A DNA stretch of 53,755 nt from an uncultured Oscillospiraceae bacterium. Its GTDB lineage: Bacteria > Bacillota > Clostridia > Oscillospirales > Oscillospiraceae. Where the stretch lies: positions 1-53,755 of the forward strand of contig CAZGBU010000002.1 in assembly GCA_964523945.1 (NCBI GenBank). The letters are read 5' to 3'. Made by a program: the position numbers and the translations under genes. This document shows positions 33,686 through 41,877 of this stretch, in pieces (the stretch's first letter is position 1; every line of letters starts with the position of its first letter). Below the pieces are notes generated by a model. The model saw nothing but the letters and a program-made list of their open reading frames with translations. It ran no database searches and had not been told where the DNA came from.

Positions 33686-35790
33686 TCATTCCGGGGTATC
33701 TGGACCGGCAGCATCCCCGGCCGGAAGCGCGCTCATGCTGTGCAGGCTGACGCCCAGCGTGGACAGGTTGTGCAGCATGGCGGATGTGGCCGGCGGCAGT
33801 ATACCGGCCACACCCAGCGCAATCAATCCCCCGTTGAAGCCGATGACAAACCGGTAATTACGCTGGATGCGCTTCATCAGTGCCATGGCGATCCGGCGCA
33901 GCCGCACCAGCTCCCACAGACTGTCGGCTGCAATGGTGATATCGGCGATCTCGCGGGCGATGGCCGCACCGTCACTGATGGCGATGCCGGCATCGGCTTC
34001 CGACAGGGCGGGGGAGTCGTTGATGCCGTCGCCCACCATCAGAACGGTGTGCCCAGCGGCGCGCAGCCCGGACACATACGACGCCTTGTCCTCAGGCAGC
34101 ACGCCGGCGCGGTAGTCGTCCACGCCGAGCTGCGCGGCGATGGCGGCCGCGGTACGCTGGCTGTCTCCGGTGAGCATGACGGCCTTTTGTATGCCCAGTG
34201 CGCGCAGCGCAGCGAGCACGCCGCGCGCCTCTGTGCGCAGCGGGTCGGCGATGCAGATCACCGCTGCCAGCCGGTTTTCGATTGCCAGATAGAGCTGGGA
34301 GTATTCGGCGGGCAGTGCGTCAAAGCGGGATTGCTCTGATGCCGGGATCTGACAGTGCTCATCTTCAAAGATAAAGTGGGCGCTGCCGATACAGACCCGT
34401 TCGCCGTTGACCGAGCTGACGATACCGTGTGCGACCAGGTATTCCACTTTAGAGTGGTACTCCTCGTGGCGCAGGCCGCGCGCAGCGGCCTCTGCCACGA
34501 CGGCGTTTGCCATCGAGTGCGGGAAATGTTCCTCCAGACAGGCGGCAAGGCGCAGCATTTCCGCTTCTGTCCGGCCGCCGAACGGGACGACCTGCACGAC
34601 TTTCGGGCAGGCGTGCGTCAGCGTGCCGGTCTTATCGAAGACGATGACGTCTGCGCGTGCGGCAGCTTCCAGAAATTTGCCGCCCTTGACGGTGATGTGC
34701 TGCCGGCTGGCTTCGCGCATGGCCGAGAGAACTGCTAGCGGCATGGCCAGCTTCAGCGCGCAGGAAAAGTCGACCATCAGAACCGACAGCGCCGCGTGAT
34801 GCTGCGCGTCAACGCCAGACTGAGCAGGCTGCCGGCAAATGTGTATGGGACCAGCCCGTCGGCCAGATGCGAGGCTTTGGCCTCCGCCGCGGATTTCATC
34901 TGCTCGGACCGCTCGATCATCGTGACGATCTGGTCGTAGCGGCTCTGGCCGGAGGCCTGCCGTACCTCGATCACGCACTGCCCCTCTTCCACCACGGTGC
35001 CGGCGTATACTGCACCACCGGGGCGTTTGGCAACGGGAATGGACTCGCCGGTGAACGAGGCCTGGTTGACGGTGACCTCTCCCTCTGCCACAAGTCCGTC
35101 AACCGGGATGATGCCGCCGGCCCGGATGACCACCCGGTCACCGGGACGCACCTGCGCAATGGGGGCGAGGACTTCACCGTCCGGCGTGCGAAGCCAGACC
35201 CGATCGACATGGAGCGACATGCTCTCAGCCAGATCAGCTGCCGATTTTTTCCGCGTCCAGTCCTCAAGCAGTTCGCCGATCTCCAGCAGGAACATGACGG
35301 TGCCGGCGGTGCCGAAGTCGTGCCGGCCGGCGGAGATACCGATGGAGAGTGCGTCGAGCAGCTCAACCCGAATCGTCCGCTGCCGCAGGCAGCGCAGCCC
35401 CCTGCGCAGGAACGGGATCATATGCCAGAGCACGCGTGCAATCCGCACCGGCGCGGGCAGAAACAGTGCGCTGGCTGCCTTGCAGAGCACTTTGCCGACC
35501 AGCTTTTCCTCGAACTGACGGTTCAGCGCGCGTGTGCTGTGCGCGGGACACACAATGGCGTCCTCCGCTGTCTGCCAGGTGAATGTGCGGATGGCGTCGA
35601 GCACCTGCTCGCGCGGCCCCTGATAGCGGATAATGACACAGCGGGTACGCTTATGGACAGTGGCTTCCTGCACCCATGGCGCCTGCCGCAGCCAGCCCTC
35701 GAGCAGGTCGGCCTGCCGCAGGGAAACGGCATTCTGACCGAGCCGCAGGCGGATGCGTCCACGGCTCTCATGTACAATGGTTGCGTTCAT
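33686..35790 (-). pseudogene. P1B-type (heavy-metal) P-type ATPase with SCA transmembrane motif, split by a frameshift near 34787-34800
   Basis: ORF 34777-35790 carries a ferredoxin-like N-domain without CxxC and TGES (SFTGESIP). ORF 33686-34978 carries VLMVDFSCALKLAMP, FDKTGTLT, EHFPHS and GDGINDSPAL. The reading frame switches inside ...LTRSITR / AALSVLMVD.... Confidence 0.8.
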
Positions 35791-35805
35791 ATGAAAGCTC
35801 CTTCA

Positions 35806-35832
35806 GAAAAAAGGAGCCGCTCTCGCGGCTCC
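35806..35832 (-). terminator. intrinsic terminator between the small-protein gene and the ATPase gene
   Basis: Minus strand GGAGCCGC-GAGA-GCGGCTCC followed by TTTTTT, then directly the ATPase SD GAAGGAG. Confidence 0.7.
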
Positions 35833-35840
35833 CTGACGGT

Positions 35841-36113
35841 TCAGGCATTCTCGCCCGCTACTTGCGCATCGGCAGCTTCCGCCGCCTCTTTTGCCGCACG
35901 GGACTCGTTGAGGTCTTTGGCAGATGCGAGAATATCGGCGGCATTCTCCTGCACGGCGGTGACGGTTTCCATCACGCTGTCTTTCACGCGGAGACCGGCG
36001 GCTGCGACATGGGTATACGCCTTCTTTGCATCCTTGCTGGTGAGCAGCTTGATCCCTGCTGAACCAAACAGTGCCCCGCCGACAAAGCAGGCCAGTTTTG
36101 TGTAGCGATTCAT
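35841..36113 (-). CDS. 90-aa protein with N-terminal hydrophobic helix and Ala/Glu/Lys-rich helical tail (hypothetical, ATPase-associated)
   Basis: MNRYTKLACFVGGALFGSAGIKLL... . AAGGAAG SD. Same strand as the P-type ATPase and immediately upstream of it. Confidence 0.55.
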   Translation of the reverse strand: MNRYTKLACFVGGALFGSAGIKLLTSKDAKKAYTHVAAAGLRVKDSVMETVTAVQENAADILASAKDLNESRAAKEAAEAADAQVAGENA

Positions 36114-36131
36114 TCCAACTCTTCCTTTCCG

Positions 36132-36212
36132 TTATTTGTGCCGGTAGCCTGTAATCATCACCATGACCATACAGATCACGGCGCCCCAGGCCCAGAAACG
36201 GTGCTGCTTCAA
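36132..36212 (-). CDS. candidate 26-aa hydrophobic micro-protein (TTG start)
   Basis: Minus strand AGGGGGGA-8 nt-TTG AAG CAG CAC CGT TTC TGG ... TAA encodes MKQHRFWAWGAVICMVMVMITGYRHK. The stop lies 18 nt before the next gene's ATG. Below the ORF-track size cutoff. Confidence 0.3.
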   Translation of the reverse strand: MKQHRFWAWGAVICMVMVMITGYRHK

Positions 36213-36299
36213 AGAGCTATCCCCCCTTTGACCGGGCAGTCGCCCTTTGCGTATTTCATAACTATAAACGCTTTTCAGCGCCATGTCCCGCCCAAATGG

Positions 36300-37196
36300 T
36301 CAGATTTCAGCCGATTCAGACATTTTTCTGTATTGCCCGGGCGGCATACCATATTGCCGGCAGAACGCGGCGCTGAATTGGCTGGCGCTGCTGTATCCCA
36401 CAGACTGGGCAATCTCGAGCAGGCCAAGGCCGGAATCGCGCAGCAGTGCTGCAGCTCGTTCCAGCCGCCGCCAGGCGTGAATGGGAAGCCCGTACAGGCT
36501 GCGGAAACCGGCCTTCAGTGCGGTGGGAGCCAGACAGAACTGCCGGCTGAGCGACGCGATGGTCATCGTCTCGCCGAGATGCGCATCCATGTAGGCCCGG
36601 ACGCCGGCAATCGTGCGTGAGCGCGTGGGATCAGAGCTGTCTGCGGGCGGCGTATCCTGCATGCACAGCAGATACAGAAGCTCCACGGATTTTAAGACGC
36701 AGTATCGTCCCTGCTCGGCCGGAACGAGGCGGGTCAGCTGCTCGAAGGCTGCCTGGCACCAGACAGAGTGCCCGAGTGAGACACAGCCGCCGTGTGCAGT
36801 CATTCGCTCACGCACCTGTGCGGTCTCAAGCTGCAGGCCGCCTAACAGCGCGGTGAGTGTGTGCAGACTGCTGCGCGCGCCGCGGGCATCCGCCGTGACC
36901 AGGATCCCGGCGGCCGGCTCGTCGAAGCAAGCCCAGGCAAGCGCGTTGACGTCGGACAGCAGCAAAATTTCGCGCGCGCCGGTTTGCAGAACGGTTCCGT
37001 TGCGGCGCGTCAGCGTAAGCGCCTCGCGCAGCAGAAACAGCGCTTCAAAGTGCAGCTGCGCGAGCTGTGGTGTGATCGTTGGAGGAAAGCGGCTCTCATC
37101 CGGCCCAATGGAAAACCGGCATGCCCGCGCCCCGGGCATGACCTGCGACCATATGGCATCCTGCGCCGGGTTATAGTCCAGATATTCCGTCAGCAT
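36300..37196 (-). CDS. AraC-family transcriptional regulator
   Basis: C-terminal dual HTH: IASLSRQFCLAPTALKAGFRSLYGLPIHAW...IAQSVGYSSASQFSAAFCRQYGMPPGQYR. Confidence 0.8.
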   Translation of the reverse strand: MLTEYLDYNPAQDAIWSQVMPGARACRFSIGPDESRFPPTITPQLAQLHFEALFLLREALTLTRRNGTVLQTGAREILLLSDVNALAWACFDEPAAGILVTADARGARSSLHTLTALLGGLQLETAQVRERMTAHGGCVSLGHSVWCQAAFEQLTRLVPAEQGRYCVLKSVELLYLLCMQDTPPADSSDPTRSRTIAGVRAYMDAHLGETMTIASLSRQFCLAPTALKAGFRSLYGLPIHAWRRLERAAALLRDSGLGLLEIAQSVGYSSASQFSAAFCRQYGMPPGQYRKMSESAEI

Positions 37197-37270
37197 GTGC
37201 CTGTCTCCTGTCTGCGTCGCCTGTGATATTTGTGATCAAAATTGGTTAGCAAAAACTAACTGATGCAGCT

Positions 37271-37300
37271 ATTATAAAGCCGGTTCGGCGGGCCTGTCAA
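37271..37300 (-). promoter_or_regulatory. sigma-A promoter of the AraC gene
   Basis: Minus strand TTGACA-18 nt-TATAAT. Confidence 0.6.
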
Positions 37301-37330
37301 GCCCCTCGGCGGAAAATGTCCCTTTTGCAG

Positions 37331-37370
37331 ACGGCAGGGGCACACCAACCGGTGTGCCCCTGCCGTTTTT
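37331..37370. terminator. strong hairpin just downstream of the ER3 stop codon
   Basis: acggcaggggcacacc-aacc-ggtgtgcccctgccgt, a 16-bp stem. The T-run is on the plus-strand side only. Confidence 0.5.
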
Positions 37371-37377
37371 CGGGTGG

Positions 37378-39381
37378 TCAAATTTGCGACGCGGCTGCAA
37401 ATGCACTTCGCGTGCAGGACTGGATGCTGCCGGGCTGATGGCAGTCGCCGATCAGGTAGAAGCGTGCGGCGCTGCCGTAGAACGCCATGGCTTCTTCCAT
37501 CCGCGGCTTGACACCGGCGGAGAGTACAACGTCGTCACAGGAAATCTTGTGTTCGTTGCCTGCTTCGTCTGTGTAGATGACGCCGTCCGGCTCAATGAGC
37601 GTCGTGGTCGCATGTGGGATGTAGGAGAAATTCGGTTCGCGCTTACAGGCGTTGTGGAGCATTTCGACATAGTGTACCTGCGCGGCTTCCGGTGCGAGCA
37701 CAGCCTGGCGCGTCAGCACCGTGACTGTGTGGCCGTTCATGGCCAGATACAGCCCGGTTTCCGTACCGGTTTCCGAACCGCCGATGACCACAATCCGCCT
37801 GCCGAGCCGTTCGTGATCGCCGTATACGGACAGCGGTGCATGGACGTTGTCGCCGCGTGCGCCGGGGAGATCCGGGATGTTCGGCTCGGCGCCGACGGCA
37901 GCCAGCACGACGTCGAATCCATCGCTGTGGATCAGGGATGGCGTCGCGTTGGTGTTGAGCCGGACTGTGACGCCGAGCTTTTCGATCTGGCGCATCTGCC
38001 AGGCCTTGAACTTTCGGATCGGCCACTTGAACGAGGCATGGTCGGCGTAGAGCATCTGGCCGCCCAGATGGTCGTCACGCTCAAAGAGTGTGACGCTGTG
38101 CCCGCGCTGCGCAGCGAAGATCGCGGCTTCCATGCCGGCAGCGCCGCCGCCGATGATTGCGACCCGGGCGGGAGCGCCTGGCGCGCCGACCAGGCTGTGC
38201 AGGCGCACTGCCTGCCCCATTGCGGGGTTGACCGAGCAGATGTTATGCCATGGCCCGTTGATATAGGGAACGTGGCATTTGTTGCAGCGGATGCAGGGCG
38301 TAATATCTTCGCCGCGTCCCTGATAGAGCTTTTCAAAATACGCCGGCTCGCAGATGAACGCGCGCGCCATGCCGATCAGGTCGCATTTCCCCTCGGCCAG
38401 GAACCGCTCGTTCAGATCCGGATCCTGATAGCCGCCGACCGGCTCGACAAGCACTGGGACGCCGGCTTTTTTCATCGCTTCGCAGTAGCGGATCGTGACC
38501 GGTTCGCCCTCGACAGAATTGAATCCGGTGGGGTGAGAGTCAGTGTCATTCCAGGCGCGGATCTGAAAGATGTCGATCAGTCCGTCTGCCATCCGGGCAA
38601 ACTCGATGACCTCTTCCAGGCTCATGCCGCCGGGTTTTTCCTCGCCGGAGATCTCGATCTCAATCAGAAAATCCTTCCCGCACAGCTCTTTGATGCGTCG
38701 GCATGTCTCGAGCGGGAAGCGTGCGCGGTTTTCCAGGCTGCCGCCGTATTCGTCCGTGCGGTTGTTGCACAGCGGGGAGAGAAACTGCGCGAAGATCGGC
38801 AGGCGATACGCCATGTGGAGCGTGCACATGTCAAACCCCATCGTCTTGTACAGCAGCGCTTTCTGCGCGATGTCCTCTTCAACGATGCGGATTTGCTCGG
38901 CATTCATGGCCTTGATTTCGCCGAAGTCCTCGGCGAACAGCTGCGGCAACAGATCCTGAATGGCGTCCATGTCCGTCAGATCGACGTCCTTGCTGGTATC
39001 AATTGCGGGCTTGTCCTTGACGCCCCAGCCCTTGCGGCCGAATTCCATCAGGCAGATCGAGATGATGGAGCCGTAGAAGTGGACGGCATCGGCCATCTGG
39101 GACATGTAGTTGTGCACGCTGGGGTCGGTCAGATCGAACGACGGCATCCGGCGGCTGGAGGGGTCGATCGCCGTGCGCTGATTGGGATCGGCCCAGTCGC
39201 CGAAGCAGACGATGGCTGCACCGTTGCGTGCGCACGAAGCGACATGCTCGATCACCGACTCGGCCGGGAACTTCTCCGGCCCCATCAGATAGTGCGGCAG
39301 CGCATTGGTGGACACCATGCGGTTTTTCAGGTATACGTTGCCTACTTTCAGCGGCGCAAGCAGATGCGGATACTGGCTCAT
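37378..39381 (-). CDS. FMN/[4Fe-4S]/FAD ene-reductase of the 2,4-dienoyl-CoA reductase / enoate reductase family (ER3), divergent active-site loop
   Basis: LKNRMVSTN, RTDEYGGSLENRARF, Cys cluster PCIRCNKCHVPYINGPWHNICSVNP, VAIIGGGAAGMEAA, IVVIGGSETG. The usual HGxHG(Y/W) loop reads LHMAYRLPIFAQF. GAAGGAG SD. Confidence 0.85.
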   Translation of the reverse strand: MSQYPHLLAPLKVGNVYLKNRMVSTNALPHYLMGPEKFPAESVIEHVASCARNGAAIVCFGDWADPNQRTAIDPSSRRMPSFDLTDPSVHNYMSQMADAVHFYGSIISICLMEFGRKGWGVKDKPAIDTSKDVDLTDMDAIQDLLPQLFAEDFGEIKAMNAEQIRIVEEDIAQKALLYKTMGFDMCTLHMAYRLPIFAQFLSPLCNNRTDEYGGSLENRARFPLETCRRIKELCGKDFLIEIEISGEEKPGGMSLEEVIEFARMADGLIDIFQIRAWNDTDSHPTGFNSVEGEPVTIRYCEAMKKAGVPVLVEPVGGYQDPDLNERFLAEGKCDLIGMARAFICEPAYFEKLYQGRGEDITPCIRCNKCHVPYINGPWHNICSVNPAMGQAVRLHSLVGAPGAPARVAIIGGGAAGMEAAIFAAQRGHSVTLFERDDHLGGQMLYADHASFKWPIRKFKAWQMRQIEKLGVTVRLNTNATPSLIHSDGFDVVLAAVGAEPNIPDLPGARGDNVHAPLSVYGDHERLGRRIVVIGGSETGTETGLYLAMNGHTVTVLTRQAVLAPEAAQVHYVEMLHNACKREPNFSYIPHATTTLIEPDGVIYTDEAGNEHKISCDDVVLSAGVKPRMEEAMAFYGSAARFYLIGDCHQPGSIQSCTRSAFAAASQI

Positions 39382-39403
39382 ACGCTCACTCCTTCATTTT
39401 TAT

Positions 39404-39417
39404 CATCAAATCTGATG
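39404..39417. promoter_or_regulatory. candidate LysR-type box in the ER3/lysR divergent region
   Basis: CATCA-AATC-TGATG imperfect palindrome. Next to a minus-strand TATAAT (39420-39425) that lacks a good -35. Confidence 0.3.
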
Positions 39418-39540
39418 CAATTATACCGAATTTGCTGCGGAACCTGTACAACCAAAAGGTAATCTGTCCATGCAGTTTTCGCCTGGTTGCTTTTCCCGCG
39501 TGACCGGTTTAAGATAAAGCCAGAAGAATGGAGGGGTAGG

Positions 39541-40446
39541 ATGACCACGGCACAAATGCGTTACTTTCTTGTGGCGGCAGAGAATCTCAGCTTTACGCTG
39601 GCGGCCGAACAGCTCTATATCACCCAGCCGGCGCTGAGCCGGCAGATCGCGGCGATCGAGGACGAGATCGGCGTCCAGCTCTTTACGCGCGCCAACAACG
39701 CGCTCTCGCTCACCAAAGCTGGGAAAGCGCTGTACCGGCAACTGTCCAGCCTGTACAGCGATTATCAGGCGATGATGAAAAATGTGCGCGACGTGGCGGC
39801 TGGCGTTGACGGACAGATCAACATTGGCGTTCTGGAGGATCAATATATGGGAGACACGCTCTCTGCCGCCATTCGCTCACTGCTCCAGGCCAATCCCCTG
39901 TGTGAGATCAACGTCACGCGGCATGACGCTTCCACTCTGTTCGCGCGGCTGATGGAGGGGAGTGCTGATGCCGGTCTGATGCTGGTCTATGAGGAATTCG
40001 ACCAGTTCGGATTCGCTTCGCTGCCGCTTGATGTTGCGCCGGCCCGCCTGGCAATCCACCGCGGACATCCGCTGGCTGCGCGTGCGGGCGTATCATTTGA
40101 GGATCTGGAGGCGCTGCTCAGCGAGATTCCTCTGGTTATGGCGGATCTGGACCAATTCCCCGAGCCGCTGCAGATCTCCCTGCTTCGGTTCCCGCCGTTT
40201 GATGGCCTGGGGCCGAAAGCCGGCCAGCTCAAGCTGCTATCTGCGATCAGCTCGGTATCGCTGTATGTCTCGCTCGGGTTGGGCGTCACGCTGACCAACC
40301 AGAGTAATCTGCTTGCGCATGATCCCAATGTGGCGATGCTGCCGGTGCTCGGAGCGCCTGCCATCACACAGGGGCTGATCTGGCGTCGGAACTGCGCCAA
40401 TCCGCTGCTCCGGCAGCTCATAGCGCTTCTGGCGCAGCCAGACTGA
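39541..40446 (+). CDS. LysR-family transcriptional regulator
   Basis: MRYFLVAAENLSFTLAAEQLYITQPALSRQIAAIEDEIGVQLFTR HTH. Divergent from ER3. GGAGGGG SD before ATG 39541. Confidence 0.85.
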   Translation: MTTAQMRYFLVAAENLSFTLAAEQLYITQPALSRQIAAIEDEIGVQLFTRANNALSLTKAGKALYRQLSSLYSDYQAMMKNVRDVAAGVDGQINIGVLEDQYMGDTLSAAIRSLLQANPLCEINVTRHDASTLFARLMEGSADAGLMLVYEEFDQFGFASLPLDVAPARLAIHRGHPLAARAGVSFEDLEALLSEIPLVMADLDQFPEPLQISLLRFPPFDGLGPKAGQLKLLSAISSVSLYVSLGLGVTLTNQSNLLAHDPNVAMLPVLGAPAITQGLIWRRNCANPLLRQLIALLAQPD

Positions 40447-40457
40447 TCGCGGTTTCC

Positions 40458-41627
40458 TCAGCAGAGGATCAATGTCTTAGGCGTTTGGGTCAGACATTCG
40501 GCGCCGTCTTTTGTAATCAGGAAATTATCGCAGGTGATGCCCCAGCCGTCCGCATTGGCGGCGACAGGGTGGACAGCGAAGAACATATTCTCCTCCAGCA
40601 CGAAATCCTCATCTGCTACAAGCGCAGGGCGTTCGACCATGTCCAGCCCCTGCGAGTGGGCGAACAGCCGGCCCTCCGGACCAAAGCCGTGCGCGGTGAG
40701 AAATTCGTTATTGGCCCGGAACAGCTCCGAGCAGCGGACACCAGGCTTCATCATCGAGACAACATGACGCTGGCAGGCGGCGGCGCACTCGGCAGCTTCG
40801 ATCATACCGTGGCTCGGCTCGCCGAGCGACCAGACCCGGAACAGTTCGGCGAAGTATCCTCCGGGACCGCTCAGCTCGATCAGGCACATCATGTTGTCGC
40901 CCGGCTCGACACGGCGATAGCGCTCGCACAGCTGGCTCATGCCCGGAATGCCCTGTGCGGTACCCAGGCCGACGTTCAGTCCTTCGCAGCCGAAGTCCTC
41001 GGCCAGCTTTTTCAGATCGGCGACCATCTCAAACTCGTAGCGCCCCGGCCGGAAGATGCTCGGCACTGCCGCGCCAATGCGGTCGTGGATGCGGACAATT
41101 TCGCGCAGTTTCTCGATTTCTTCCGGGCTTTTGATCGCCTTGATGCGGTCGACAAGCGTTGTGGCGTCGACCATTTCCACGTCCGGCAGATTCTCTTTCA
41201 GGTACGCGTACAGCGAAGCGGGGATCTGTGCCATGGCGACAAAGCCGATCCGCTTGTAGCCGCGCGCACGGATCTGCTCAGCTACAAGGCGTGGCATATA
41301 GGGGTCAGTATAACACAGTGTGGGCATCAGCGGCGTAGCCAACGCCTGACCGATGCCGCGCTGCAAGCCGGGCGGGATGCTCTGCGTGCCGACGGCGCCG
41401 TGTGCGATCAGCGTCGTCTCGTCGTCGCGGTGGAACAGAATCGTCGTGGGATAGTTGCCGATCGGAAGATCGGTGAAATAGCGCGTATAGCCGCCGAGCA
41501 GGTTGTCATAGTTGTGCACGACAAGACAGTCGAGCGCCTCGCGCGCCATTGCTTGACGGACAAGCGTCCAGCGGCGCTGCATCTCGCCCTCGCTCATTGC
41601 GTGACGGAAGCGTTCAGACAGGGGCAT
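40458..41627 (-). CDS. M24-fold protein (creatinase/prolidase-like, Xaa-Pro peptidase family) with substituted metal-ligand positions
   Basis: Creatinase_N-like N-domain plus pita-bread C-domain (GPGGYFAELFRVW, AHSQGLDMVERP). By-eye alignment puts Glu/Glu/His/Glu/Asp where M24B has Asp/Asp/His/Glu/Glu. Confidence 0.65.
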   Translation of the reverse strand: MPLSERFRHAMSEGEMQRRWTLVRQAMAREALDCLVVHNYDNLLGGYTRYFTDLPIGNYPTTILFHRDDETTLIAHGAVGTQSIPPGLQRGIGQALATPLMPTLCYTDPYMPRLVAEQIRARGYKRIGFVAMAQIPASLYAYLKENLPDVEMVDATTLVDRIKAIKSPEEIEKLREIVRIHDRIGAAVPSIFRPGRYEFEMVADLKKLAEDFGCEGLNVGLGTAQGIPGMSQLCERYRRVEPGDNMMCLIELSGPGGYFAELFRVWSLGEPSHGMIEAAECAAACQRHVVSMMKPGVRCSELFRANNEFLTAHGFGPEGRLFAHSQGLDMVERPALVADEDFVLEENMFFAVHPVAANADGWGITCDNFLITKDGAECLTQTPKTLILC

Positions 41628-41802
41628 TGCAGTTCCTCCTTTTACTCAGTGAAACAAAGCGGATGATTACGCTCGTTACCTATCTTATTATCTTAAAGAA
41701 TCGCACCGGGGCTCCGCAAGAGGCAGAGCAGACAAAACTGCTGCAGGGTTTCTCAGCAAGATGACCAGCCCCAATTCCAGCCGGAATTCTTTGCTGCGAT
41801 CA

Positions 41803-41831
41803 TTGACAGACGTCTCCGGGCGGGGTATAAT
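41803..41831 (+). promoter_or_regulatory. perfect-consensus sigma-A promoter of the citF-led operon
   Basis: TTGACA-17 nt-TATAAT. An AGACGTCT palindrome sits in the spacer, and TATGT-TTT-ACATA (41845-41857) in the early transcribed region. Confidence 0.7.
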
Positions 41832-41877
41832 AAAATAACGAAATTATGTTTTACATAGTGAAAGGAAGGGAGCCGAT

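Noticed and set aside
37197-37370. Possible plus-strand small RNA ending at the strong hairpin+T5 (37331-37370), since no plus-strand gene precedes that terminator-like element.
   Set aside because: The best promoter in the interval (TTGACA-18-TATAAT) is on the minus strand and serves the AraC gene. The only plus-strand promoter-like match (TTAGCA-18-TATTAT) is weak. The hairpin most simply terminates ER3. Not excluded, but unsupported.
41681-41695. The TATCTT-AT-TATCTT direct repeat in the M24/citF intergenic region, considered as a regulator site.
   Set aside because: It is short and AT-rich, and equally well explained as -10-like or UP-like promoter sequence for the minus-strand M24 gene. 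No partner repeat was found elsewhere in the window.
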